From Rickettsiales bacterium (GTDB taxonomy: Bacteria > Pseudomonadota > Alphaproteobacteria > Rickettsiales > UBA1997), in contig JBMSJJ010000002.1 in assembly GCA_049418765.1 (NCBI GenBank), positions 104,031-168,030 on the forward strand: a stretch of DNA of 64,000 nt, written 5' to 3'. Below, one piece after another: positions 17,470-26,929 of the stretch (within the stretch, counting starts at the first letter, position 1; each line of letters opens with the position of its first letter). Made by a program: the position numbers and the translations under genes. The notes under the pieces are model-generated. The model did no database searches. It was not told the origin of the DNA and saw only the letters and a list, made by a program, of their open reading frames with translations.

Positions 17470-18920
17470 TCACTTTCTTTTTTTGGCAGTTGTTTAAAAG
17501 CTTCAAGAGCCTTATGCCTTGATTCGTCGATATTTACAATTGGATGAGGGTAGGTTTTGCCTAAAATTATCCCAGCTTTTTGTAAAATTTCGCTTGAGGC
17601 TTCCCATGGTTTATACAAATATTTGCCTGGCAAATTTTTTAATTCAGGAACATATTTTTTGGTATATGCACCATCTTCATCAAATTTTTCTCCTTGCAAA
17701 ACTGGATTGAAAATTCGAAAATACGGCGCCGCATCAGCACCGCTTCCAGCTACCCATTGCCAGCTTGCCACATTACTTGCCAAATCAGCATCAACCAAGC
17801 AATCAAAAAACCAATCCTCGCCAACTCGCCAATCAATTAGTAAATTTTTTACTAAAAACGAACCAACAATCATGCGCACGCGATTATGCATATAGCCAGT
17901 TTGCCAAAGTTCACGCATGCCAGCATCAACTATCGGATAACCCGTTCGCCCGCTTTGCCAAGCCTTGAGATATTTGGTGTTATGTTGCCATGAAAAATTA
18001 TCAAATTTTTCATTTAGATTTTTTTTGGTAATTTTTGGAAAATGATAAAGTAAATAATATGAAAATTCTCGCCAACCAAGCTCACTTAAGAAGTGATCCA
18101 AGTTTTTTTCACCTGCTTTTTCTTGATAATTTTCTTTTGTATAATACCAAATTTGTTGAGGTGAAATTTCGCCAAAATGCAGGTGAGGCGATAGTTGTGA
18201 GACTTTTTTTAAATTTGGAAAATCTCGACCAATTTTATAATTACTCAAATCATTCTTTACAAAATTTTGCATTTTTTTATAAGCATTTTCTTCGCCGATA
18301 TGCCAATATTCTTGCATAATTTTGTCCCATTTGATTTTTGGTAAAAGCTTTAAATCATCAAGCAAAACAGAATTGACCTTGTCGTGATATAAATTTAAAC
18401 CGCGGGCTTCGTTGCTTGGTTTTTTTGGAGGCAAGGCATTGAGCAAGCAACCTTTACGATAAAAGTGAGTGAAAACCTTGTAGGGGGTTTTATCATCCTT
18501 TAAAACTTCAAGAGGTTCCCAAAGAAGCGAGCCATTAAAACTTTCAACTTGCAGGTTTTTTTCTCTAAAATGTTTTTTTATTTCAGTATCTTTTTTTATC
18601 AAAAGCGGTTCATATCTTCGGTTCCAAAATATTGCCTCGACCTCATGATTTTTGATGATATTTTGTAAAATCTTTAGTGGTTCGCCTTGATAAAAATTTA
18701 ATTTATTATCCAAAGATTTGTTTAAAGATTGAAGCGAGTGGTGAAGCCACCATTTGCTGGCCGAGCCAATTTTTCGACCCTCGTCAATTTCATTATCAAA
18801 AATATAAATCGGCATAATTTCGCAATTATTTTTTTTAGCGAAATCATTGCAATTATTCAAGGCAGGATTGTCAGATAATCTCAAATCTTGGCGAAACCAC
18901 ATTATAATTTTTTTCTTCAT
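17466..18920 (-). CDS. phrB: Deoxyribodipyrimidine photolyase (CPD class)
   Basis: [79 protein letters not shown]. Confidence 0.96.
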   Translation of the reverse strand: MKKKIIMWFRQDLRLSDNPALNNCNDFAKKNNCEIMPIYIFDNEIDEGRKIGSASKWWLHHSLQSLNKSLDNKLNFYQGEPLKILQNIIKNHEVEAIFWNRRYEPLLIKKDTEIKKHFREKNLQVESFNGSLLWEPLEVLKDDKTPYKVFTHFYRKGCLLNALPPKKPSNEARGLNLYHDKVNSVLLDDLKLLPKIKWDKIMQEYWHIGEENAYKKMQNFVKNDLSNYKIGRDFPNLKKVSQLSPHLHFGEISPQQIWYYTKENYQEKAGEKNLDHFLSELGWREFSYYLLYHFPKITKKNLNEKFDNFSWQHNTKYLKAWQSGRTGYPIVDAGMRELWQTGYMHNRVRMIVGSFLVKNLLIDWRVGEDWFFDCLVDADLASNVASWQWVAGSGADAAPYFRIFNPVLQGEKFDEDGAYTKKYVPELKNLPGKYLYKPWEASSEILQKAGIILGKTYPHPIVNIDESRHKALEAFKQLPKKESE

Positions 18921-18994
18921 AAATTTTTCTTGATAATTAATTATTTTTATTTAAATAAATTTATATAGATTTTTTAAATTTAAAACACCTATTT

Positions 18995-20041
18995 ATGACT
19001 TTTAGAGATACTTCTAGATTAACCACTTCGCTAATAAATATTTCTAGATTAACCATTCCGCCCGTTTTGGCTGAAAATATAAGGAGATTTGCTGAAGATA
19101 TTGTTCCAGTAAATGCCAAGCCCAGAAGAAATTTAGAGTGGCAAGATATTCTAAGATATCAGCCTAAATTTATTAAAATGGTTAAAAATCATCCTGAATT
19201 TACCCATCATTTAGCTCAAACTTTGGCTGAAAAATCTAAAATAATTTATTTGCAGGGTTTAAATATGCCATCGGTTGATTCAAATGTAATTCCACAAACC
19301 AATCATATTACTGATTCAGAAATGATTGGCAATCGGGATGTGGCAATCTGTAAAATTTCATCATCAATGCTTTTAGGATTGCTGGTTAATACTAATAAGA
19401 AAGGAAAAGTATTTCAAACAGTTTATCCAACCGACGAATCGAAAGGAAGTAATACAAAATTTGATGGAGATAGAGAATTGCTTTGGCATAATGATGGGTG
19501 GAATAAGGGAGTTGATGAATTGACTATTTTGGTTGGAGTAAAAGGGCATGAAGCAGTTAAAACTAAAGTAATTTTGGCTGAAACAATCATCGATTATTTT
19601 AAAAAAAATGGCAAGGAAGAAGAGTTGAAATATTTAATGTGCATAACTACGATTGCCGAACATCCGCAGGATTTTGATTTTGTACATGAAAAAATTATTG
19701 ACCCCGAAACTAATGAAATAAGGTTTGCAAAATATGGTTGTTTTGGTTATCATCAAAATGATGCAAAAGTTTTAAATGCGATAAAATTATTGCAACAATA
19801 TCTTGAAGAAATTGATCCTGATTTTTCTGAGTCTTTACAATCAGGAGATATGCTGATTTTACAAAACAAATATGGGCTTCATGCCAGAGAAACTTCGCAA
19901 ATTATTGGTACGAGTCAAAGAATGTTATTGAGATCAAGAGTGTATGGAGGCGAAGATGGTTTAAGAGAATCATTGCCAGATGGAATGGTTAGCATGGCTA
20001 AAACTGAAGGATTGAAAGGTAAGGAAGGTTTAGGAAAATAA
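18995..20041 (+). CDS. TauD/clavaminate-synthase-like Fe(II)/2-oxoglutarate dioxygenase, candidate secreted protein
   Basis: LLWHNDG (HxD), LQSGDMLILQN...HAR, RMLLRSRV. Confidence 0.7.
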   Translation: MTFRDTSRLTTSLINISRLTIPPVLAENIRRFAEDIVPVNAKPRRNLEWQDILRYQPKFIKMVKNHPEFTHHLAQTLAEKSKIIYLQGLNMPSVDSNVIPQTNHITDSEMIGNRDVAICKISSSMLLGLLVNTNKKGKVFQTVYPTDESKGSNTKFDGDRELLWHNDGWNKGVDELTILVGVKGHEAVKTKVILAETIIDYFKKNGKEEELKYLMCITTIAEHPQDFDFVHEKIIDPETNEIRFAKYGCFGYHQNDAKVLNAIKLLQQYLEEIDPDFSESLQSGDMLILQNKYGLHARETSQIIGTSQRMLLRSRVYGGEDGLRESLPDGMVSMAKTEGLKGKEGLGK

Positions 20042-20230
20042 TTTTATTTAAAAGAGTTGGTAATTGTTGCTATCTTTGAATAATTTCTTGATTTTGGCTT
20101 TTTAAATTTTGATTTAAAACAAATTTAAAATCGTAAAAGAACTTTAATTTTTGAAATTATTTTAAAGAAGTGGAGATTTAGAAAAATCATGTTAATTTTA
20201 GAGTTAAGATTTAACCAAAAAATTAACATA

Positions 20231-21664
20231 ATGACCTTAAAAATTGAAAATCTTTGCATAAAATTCAGAAAAAACGATGGCAATTTTCAAGAAATTATTC
20301 GGGATTTTTCTTTAAATTTATCATCACAAAAAATTACTGCATTAGTTGGTAAAAGTGGCTCTGGTAAGTCTCTAATCGCTCTTTCTATTTTAAAATTATT
20401 GCCTAAAAATGCCGAAATCTCTGGAAAAATTTATTTTGATAATCAAGATTTGTTAAAATTAAATGACAAAAATTTACAAAAAATTCGTGGAAAGGAAATC
20501 GGTTTTATTTTTCAAGATCCAAACACTGCATTGAATCCGCTTCACAAAATTGGTAAGCAAATTGGCGAGGCAATTTTGATGCATCAGCCAAAAACTTCTA
20601 AAAAAACATTAAGATTAAAAATTGAAAATTTAATGAAAGAAGTTGGTCTTAGTTCTTTGATTGATAGGGTCAATGACTATCCTCATCAATTATCGGGCGG
20701 GCAAAAACAGCGGGTAATGATTGCCATTGGGATTGCTAATAATCCACAAATATTGATTGCCGACGAGCCAACTACGGCACTTGATAAAAAAATCCAAAGC
20801 GAAATTTTGGAATTATTAAAAAAACTTTCAATCGCTCGTAAAATGTCGATTTTATTGATTAGCCACAATAAAGCGGTGGTGGCAAATTTGGCGGATGAAG
20901 TGATAATGATTGGCGATAATTCGGAGCATTTGCATTTGTCAAATCGAATTGATTTTGTGAAAAAAAATAATAATGAAGAAATTTTGGTGGTGAAAAATTT
21001 GTCAGTTAAATATAAAAATCATGAGGTGCTAAATGATATCAATTTTACCTTAAAAACAGCCGAAAATATTGGTATTATTGGCGAAAGTGGCTCAGGTAAA
21101 TCAACTTTAGCTTTGGCTTTACTTAATTTAATACCAAGTGTTGGTGAAATAAATTTTGCTGATAAAAAAAATTGGCAAATAAATGCAATTGAACTTCGAA
21201 AATCTATTCAGATTTTATTTCAAGATCCTTTTTCAAGTTTGAATCCGCGAACAAAAATTTTCGATATAATCGCCGAAGGTTTAATTATCAATGGTTCGTT
21301 AAATTATTTGCAAAAAATATTTAATCTGACTTCGCCTAGCTTTAAAGAATATTTAAAAAATCAGGTTGAAGACATAACCAAAAAATTGCAATTACCTCTT
21401 TTTTTGCTGGAATTATTTCCGCATCAACTCTCAGGAGGTCAAAGGCAAAGAGTGGCTTTGGCTCGTTCGCTAATTTTGCAACCAAAAATTTTGATTCTTG
21501 ACGAGCCGACCTCGGCACTGGATTATCAAACTCAAAATGAAATTTTAAATTTATTAAATAATATTCAAAAAAATCAGGAAATTTCTTATATTATCATTTC
21601 TCATGATGATGAGGTGATAAATAAAATGAGCGATAAGATTATAGAAATAAAAATAAGTAAATAA
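20231..21664 (+). CDS. yejF: ABC transporter ATP-binding protein with two NBDs (YejF/DppD-F fusion type)
   Basis: GKSGSGKS, FQDP, YPHQLSGGQKQR, ADEPTTALD; second copy GESGSGKS, QDPFSSLNPR, LSGGQRQR, DEPTSALD. Confidence 0.85.
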   Translation: MTLKIENLCIKFRKNDGNFQEIIRDFSLNLSSQKITALVGKSGSGKSLIALSILKLLPKNAEISGKIYFDNQDLLKLNDKNLQKIRGKEIGFIFQDPNTALNPLHKIGKQIGEAILMHQPKTSKKTLRLKIENLMKEVGLSSLIDRVNDYPHQLSGGQKQRVMIAIGIANNPQILIADEPTTALDKKIQSEILELLKKLSIARKMSILLISHNKAVVANLADEVIMIGDNSEHLHLSNRIDFVKKNNNEEILVVKNLSVKYKNHEVLNDINFTLKTAENIGIIGESGSGKSTLALALLNLIPSVGEINFADKKNWQINAIELRKSIQILFQDPFSSLNPRTKIFDIIAEGLIINGSLNYLQKIFNLTSPSFKEYLKNQVEDITKKLQLPLFLLELFPHQLSGGQRQRVALARSLILQPKILILDEPTSALDYQTQNEILNLLNNIQKNQEISYIIISHDDEVINKMSDKIIEIKISK

Positions 21665-21749
21665 TAAATTTATAATTAGAAAATTATTGTCGATAATTAA
21701 ATTAAATATCTATAATTGATTAATATTACTAACTTTTAATCAATAAAAT

Positions 21750-22598
21750 ATGAGTTTCAGTTTTTCTAAATTCCCCGAATTCCAATTTTGTTCAACTATA
21801 TTAACTTCAATTGGAAATTTTTTTAATTGTTGTGCAAATAAAGATATGGCAGAAAGCAGGGAAGCTTCACCAATAAATTCTAGTAGCAATTCTTCAGATA
21901 CAAAATTATCACGGGTTGGAACATCAGTTAATGTTGGAGAAGGGGGAGGGTTAATTCTTTCTAGATCTTCATTGACATCTACATCCACATCCACATTCGA
22001 ATTGACATCCACATCCGAATTTTCTATCATCTCATCAATTTCTTCCAAGGGTGAAGGTTCAATAAATTCAAGTTTTTCAGATTTCTCTCCTCAATGTATC
22101 AATAAAATTAGTGATCAAAAGGATTTGCAAGGTAAATATGTTGATCAGCCTTCATTGCCCTTAAATCATATTACAGGATCGAGTCCTACAGGCACTTCTA
22201 GACATCAAGCAAGAACAGAATTAAGAAGACCGAAAGAAATCTCTCGTTCAAATTTACCAGGAGGTCAGCGGGTTGGTTTGGTTAGACCTCCAGCATATAC
22301 CGAAGTTCCTTCATTTCCAGATAATCCAGATGAAGCATCTAAATCATTATCTGTTTATGAACCAAATAATGATTTACCAGCTAAAATTATGCTAGGAAGA
22401 GATCTAAATGGGAAACATGCTCTATCAATACCACTTGAAATTACCCGTCCAAATAGAAATCAAAGTAAAATTGCTGGTCTTGGAATGAGACCGAGTTTTA
22501 CAATGGTTAGGGCCATAGGAACGCAGGCAGATTCAGAAGCTGAAAAAATAGTTGAAAATGTTGGGCAACATAAAGGGAGAAGGTTAATCAGTTTTTAA
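21750..22598 (+). CDS. Ser/Thr-rich low-complexity orphan protein, candidate effector
   Basis: 282-aa ORF filling the gap between yejF and the convergent recG; GNFFNCC near the N-terminus; PPAY motif. Confidence 0.65.
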   Translation: MSFSFSKFPEFQFCSTILTSIGNFFNCCANKDMAESREASPINSSSNSSDTKLSRVGTSVNVGEGGGLILSRSSLTSTSTSTFELTSTSEFSIISSISSKGEGSINSSFSDFSPQCINKISDQKDLQGKYVDQPSLPLNHITGSSPTGTSRHQARTELRRPKEISRSNLPGGQRVGLVRPPAYTEVPSFPDNPDEASKSLSVYEPNNDLPAKIMLGRDLNGKHALSIPLEITRPNRNQSKIAGLGMRPSFTMVRAIGTQADSEAEKIVENVGQHKGRRLISF

Positions 22599-22626
22599 AT
22601 CAAAAATCATTTGGCAGCCAAATCCG

Positions 22627-24741
22627 TTAACCGCTATTAATAATTCGTAAGCACTCATCATATTTAAATATTCTTAGGAGAAATTGATATTTTTTATTGA
22701 TTTCTAATTTTAAATACGGATCTGACAAAAGAATATTTTTGGCTTGCTGATTGGCGTAGTTGAAAAAATGATGATGTGAACTTAAATTGGCAACATAAAA
22801 ATCAGGAAAACCGCTTTGCTTAGTTCCAAGCATTTCACCGCTTCCGCGCATTTTTAAATCTTCTTCGGCAATAAAAAATCCATCATTTGATTGGCGCAAA
22901 ATATTTAATCGGGCTTGCGAATTTTTGCCATATTTTTTGCCATAAAGTAAAATACAATAAGATTTTTTGTCGCTTCTGCCAACTCTGCCTCGAAGCTGAT
23001 GGAGCTGAGCTAAACCAAAATGTTCAGCATTTTCAATGACGATAATTGTGGCACTTGGCACATCAATACCCACTTCAATTACAGTTGTAGCCACTAAAAT
23101 TTGTTTGGAATTGGATTGATTACTAGCAAAATCTTGCATAATTTTTTCTTTTTCACTTTCTTTCATTTTGCCGTGTAAAAGCCCAACCTTATTGGCTTCG
23201 AAATAATTTGAAATTTCTTGGTATTTTTGTACAACTGAAGTTAAATCCATATCATTATTTTCAGAATTTTCTTCGTTATTTTCATCGATTGCAGGGCAAA
23301 TCCAATAGATTTTTTCTTGATTGTTAATGGCTTTTTGCAAGGCTTGATAAAGTTCTGGTGATTTATTTTTTGACATTATTGTTGTTTCAATTTTTTGCCG
23401 ATTTTTGGGCTTTTCGTTGATAATACTTATATCCATATCGCCATATAAACCCAGCATCAAGCTTCGAGGAATCGGTGTTGCGCTCATCAAAATTAAATCA
23501 ACATTTTCACCTTTTTCTACAATTTTCAACCGTTGCAAAACGCCGAAGCGGTGCTGTTCGTCAATGATGGCAATCCCCAAATTTTTAAATCTTACATCAT
23601 CTTCTAGCACTGCGTGGGTGCTGATTAAAATTGAAATTTCACCATTAATTAATTTTTCAAGTAAAAGTTTTTTTTGTTTTTTAGTGGTCGCCGAAGTAAG
23701 AATTTCTATGGTTAAATCAAAATTAATCAATAATTTTTTGAAATATTCAAAATGTTGCTTGGCAAGCACCGTAGTTGGCACCAACACACAAGCTTGTTTG
23801 CCTTGCGAGATATTTTGTAAAGCTGTAAAAATTGCAATTATAGTTTTTCCACTGCCTACATCACCTTGAATTAAGCGGGTGATTTTTTTACTCGAAAAAA
23901 TTTCTTGATTAATTTCATTGATTGCCTTTAATTGAGCATTGGTTGGGGTGAAGGGTAGGGAGTTAATAAATTTGTCGCCTAGAAATTGTTGATTTGGATA
24001 GAATTTTTTTGAGCCTTTTTGACGATTTTTTGCCATAATCATCGCCAATTGTGATGCTAAAATTTCATCAAAGGCGAGACGTTGAATGGCTGGGTTTTCT
24101 GGATTGAGATCGTTTTGATTTTGTGGATTATGGACAAGTTTTAAAGCTTGATAAAATGTCGGAAAACCTAAACGCTTAACAAAATCGCTATCTATCCATT
24201 CTTCGCAAGACTTTGGAAGTTGTTTTAAAATTTGTTGAATTTGATAGGTAATAAATTTATTCGATAATTTTTGACTTAGCGGATAAATCACATTAAATTT
24301 GGCAATATCATTGATTTTATTAATCTCTAAAATATGTTGCGGATGGTTGATTTGATTGTCGTTAAGGTGTTTTTGAATTTTGCCAACAACGGCGATTTCT
24401 TCGCCGATTTTTAATTTTTGTAATTGACTTGGAAAAATTTTGAAAAAAACTAAAGAAAAAAACCCAGTTGGATTATAACATATAATTTTAAATGGTTGGG
24501 AAGACCTTGCGGGTGCTTGGTGAGCCTGAACCTTGCCCTTAATTAAAACCAATTCCTGATCTTGAACTAAACGCAAATCGGGTTCAAAATTAATTTTTTC
24601 CAAACGATACGGAAAATGTAAAAGCAAATCAATAATTTGTTCACCTTCAATTAATCTGGATAAATATTCTCCCAATGATTTTCCTACTCCTTTGAGGCTG
24701 GTGATTGGTTCAAATAAAAAATAATGTGGGTTTTTGATCAT
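22627..24741 (-). CDS. recG: ATP-dependent DNA helicase RecG
   Basis: LKGVG, DLLLHFP, RLAFDE, QGDVGSGKT, DEQHRFGV, MSATPIPRSL, QLHQLRGRVGR, DGFFIAEEDL. Start refined to 24741. Confidence 0.97.
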   Translation of the reverse strand: MIKNPHYFLFEPITSLKGVGKSLGEYLSRLIEGEQIIDLLLHFPYRLEKINFEPDLRLVQDQELVLIKGKVQAHQAPARSSQPFKIICYNPTGFFSLVFFKIFPSQLQKLKIGEEIAVVGKIQKHLNDNQINHPQHILEINKINDIAKFNVIYPLSQKLSNKFITYQIQQILKQLPKSCEEWIDSDFVKRLGFPTFYQALKLVHNPQNQNDLNPENPAIQRLAFDEILASQLAMIMAKNRQKGSKKFYPNQQFLGDKFINSLPFTPTNAQLKAINEINQEIFSSKKITRLIQGDVGSGKTIIAIFTALQNISQGKQACVLVPTTVLAKQHFEYFKKLLINFDLTIEILTSATTKKQKKLLLEKLINGEISILISTHAVLEDDVRFKNLGIAIIDEQHRFGVLQRLKIVEKGENVDLILMSATPIPRSLMLGLYGDMDISIINEKPKNRQKIETTIMSKNKSPELYQALQKAINNQEKIYWICPAIDENNEENSENNDMDLTSVVQKYQEISNYFEANKVGLLHGKMKESEKEKIMQDFASNQSNSKQILVATTVIEVGIDVPSATIIVIENAEHFGLAQLHQLRGRVGRSDKKSYCILLYGKKYGKNSQARLNILRQSNDGFFIAEEDLKMRGSGEMLGTKQSGFPDFYVANLSSHHHFFNYANQQAKNILLSDPYLKLEINKKYQFLLRIFKYDECLRIINSG

Positions 24742-24742
24742 G

Positions 24743-25180
24743 TTAATAATCGTCTTGTCGTTGTAATCTTCTGGCTTCATCGCGTTTTTTAATAGTTTCG
24801 CGTTTGTCGTAAAGTTTTTTGCCCTTGCCAATGCCAATTAAAATTTTGGCGAAATTTTTTTTGTTAAAATAAATTTTAATTGGAATAACGCTACAACCAT
24901 CTTGCTCTATCTTGCCAATAATCTTATTTAGTTGCTTGTGGTGCAAAAGTAATTTGCGTTCGCGTTTTGGGAGGTGGTTAAAACGATTGGCACCTTTAAA
25001 TTCAGAGATGTTAGCATTGATTAAAAAAAGCTCACGATTTTTTTCGGCAATGTAAGATTCATTCAGGCTGGCCTTGCCTTCACGCAGGGATTTTACCTCG
25101 CTTCCAACTAAAATCAGACCGGCTTCAATTTCTTCGGTAATTTGGTAATTAAAATGTGCTTTTCGATTTAATATTTGCAT
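24743..25180 (-). CDS. smpB: SsrA-binding protein
   Basis: NRKAHFNY, EAGLILVGSEVKSLR, RKLLLH, GKGKKLYDKRE. Confidence 0.98.
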   Translation of the reverse strand: MQILNRKAHFNYQITEEIEAGLILVGSEVKSLREGKASLNESYIAEKNRELFLINANISEFKGANRFNHLPKRERKLLLHHKQLNKIIGKIEQDGCSVIPIKIYFNKKNFAKILIGIGKGKKLYDKRETIKKRDEARRLQRQDDY

Positions 25181-25268
25181 AATTAATATTGTGGTTTGAT
25201 ATTTTTATATTTTAGTAAATATATTTTTACTTTAAAACCAAATTTATAAAAAAAATAAAAACTTTATC

Positions 25269-25297
25269 TTGCAATTAAAACTTTTGTTAAGTAAAAT
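25269..25297 (+). promoter_or_regulatory. Putative sigma70 promoter of rpsF-rpsR-rplI
   Basis: TTGCAA, 17-nt spacer, TAAAAT. Confidence 0.4.
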
Positions 25298-25478
25298 TTT
25301 ACGACTTCAAATTATAGCTTGTGACTAAATTTATATGATTTTCACTGAAATTTGCTTGTTTAAACTGCTTTTAAAGCCATGATTTATATGGTTTTAGGGT
25401 TTAAAAAATCGAATTTGAATTTATCAATTAAATTATTTTCACTTTATAAATTTATTTATTTTAAACTAAAAATTACTT

Positions 25479-25886
25479 ATGTCTTTATACGAAACCGTAT
25501 TTATTGCTAGACAAGATCTTACAGCTGAAGATGTTGATGCACTTACCAACAAATTTACTAAAATTATCACTGATGGTAATGGTAAAGTCCAAAAAGAATA
25601 TTGGGGGCTTCGCACTCTTTCTTATAAAATTAAAAAGAATTCTCGCGGTCATTATGTATTGTTAAAAATTACCGCTGATTACCCAGCCGTTGCTGAGCTT
25701 AAAAGAATTATGAGCTTCAATGAAGATGTTATTAGAAGTGCAATTTACAGCGTAGAATCTCACGACAAAGAATCAGTTTTATTTGTATCTGGCACTGCCA
25801 AAGATTTCAAAGCTGGTAAAGTTTCTGCCAAAAAAGAGCCTTCTAAACTTGACTTGGTTATTGAACAATTTCAATTTGATGCTTAA
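25479..25886 (+). CDS. rpsF: 30S ribosomal protein S6
   Basis: LYETVFIARQD, EYWGLRTLSYKIKKN.RGHY, EDVIR. Confidence 0.97.
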   Translation: MSLYETVFIARQDLTAEDVDALTNKFTKIITDGNGKVQKEYWGLRTLSYKIKKNSRGHYVLLKITADYPAVAELKRIMSFNEDVIRSAIYSVESHDKESVLFVSGTAKDFKAGKVSAKKEPSKLDLVIEQFQFDA

Positions 25887-25908
25887 TTAACAATTAAAAT
25901 TTTATCTT

Positions 25909-26214
25909 ATGATTAACAATATTGTCCCGCAAGTAAATAACGAAAATGAAGAAAGTTTTGTCAAAGTTTCTTTAGTCAATCAAAGCGTTTTTATTCGTAA
26001 AAAAAAGACTTGCCCACTTCGTGATATTGATATTTCCGAAATTAATTACAAAAATTTAAAACTTCTTAATAAATTTATTTCTGAAAGAGGCAAAATTATT
26101 CCAAGCAGAATTACCAATGTCGAGTTAAAAAAGCAAAAAGCTATCGCCAATGCAATTAAAAAAGCTCGCTTTCTAGCTTTGCTTTCACCAATAAAAAAAG
26201 ATTCTAATTACTAA
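25909..26214 (+). CDS. rpsR: 30S ribosomal protein S18
   Basis: [33 protein letters not shown]. Confidence 0.97.
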   Translation: MINNIVPQVNNENEESFVKVSLVNQSVFIRKKKTCPLRDIDISEINYKNLKLLNKFISERGKIIPSRITNVELKKQKAIANAIKKARFLALLSPIKKDSNY

Positions 26215-26226
26215 TTTTTTAAAACA

Positions 26227-26820
26227 ATGAAACTAATTCTTATAGATAATTTACCAAAATTAGGCAAAATCGGCGATGTTGTAACTGTTAAAAATGGTTA
26301 TGGCAAAAACTACTTAGTTCCAAATAAAAAGGCAATTTGTTACACTGAGGAAAATTATAAATCTTTCGCTGAAAAAAAAGCTGAATTTGAAAAACAAAGT
26401 TCAGAAAAATTAGCCATTGCCAATAAGGTTAAAGAATTATTAGCTGGCAAAAATATCATTATTATCGAAAATGCTTCCGATGACGGTCGTCTTTATGGTT
26501 CAGTGAACTCTTCGGTTATTGCCAACAAAATTAATGATGTCATCAACGAAAAATTAATCGATAAATCAGTGGTTTTCTTATCAAAACCAATCAAAGAAAT
26601 CGGAATTTATGATTCAAAATTAAATTTACACTCTGATTTAATTCTTGATGTAAAACTTTTAGTTTCTAGAAGCGAATCGGAAGCTATGGTTTTATTAAAT
26701 CCAAAAAAGAAATCTAAAAAAGAATCTGATGATCAAGAAAATGAATCAGCTTCACAAGAGGGAGCAGAAGAGGTTGTTGTTAAAGCCAAAAAACCAAGAA
26801 AGAAAAAATCTGAAGAATAA
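26227..26820 (+). CDS. rplI: 50S ribosomal protein L9
   Basis: LGKIGDVVTVKNGYGKNYL, GRLYGSV, PIKEIG. Confidence 0.97.
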   Translation: MKLILIDNLPKLGKIGDVVTVKNGYGKNYLVPNKKAICYTEENYKSFAEKKAEFEKQSSEKLAIANKVKELLAGKNIIIIENASDDGRLYGSVNSSVIANKINDVINEKLIDKSVVFLSKPIKEIGIYDSKLNLHSDLILDVKLLVSRSESEAMVLLNPKKKSKKESDDQENESASQEGAEEVVVKAKKPRKKKSEE

Positions 26821-26843
26821 ATTTAAAAAAACTTAGATTTAAG

Positions 26844-26881
26844 AAAATCCCTTTAATTTTATAATTAGAGGGATTTTTTTT
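26844..26881 (+). terminator. Intrinsic terminator after rplI
   Basis: AAAATCCCTTTAATT-TTAT-AATTAGAGGGATTTT stem running into a T-tract. Confidence 0.8.
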
Positions 26882-26929
26882 ATCTATAATTTTACCAACA
26901 CCCTTCGAAATCTGGCTTCTTGGTTGCAT

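Noticed and set aside
24743-25479. tmRNA gene near smpB
   Set aside because: No tRNA-like GGGG…TCCACCA ends or ANDN-type tag frame were found here or in the 5.7-kb RNA candidate.
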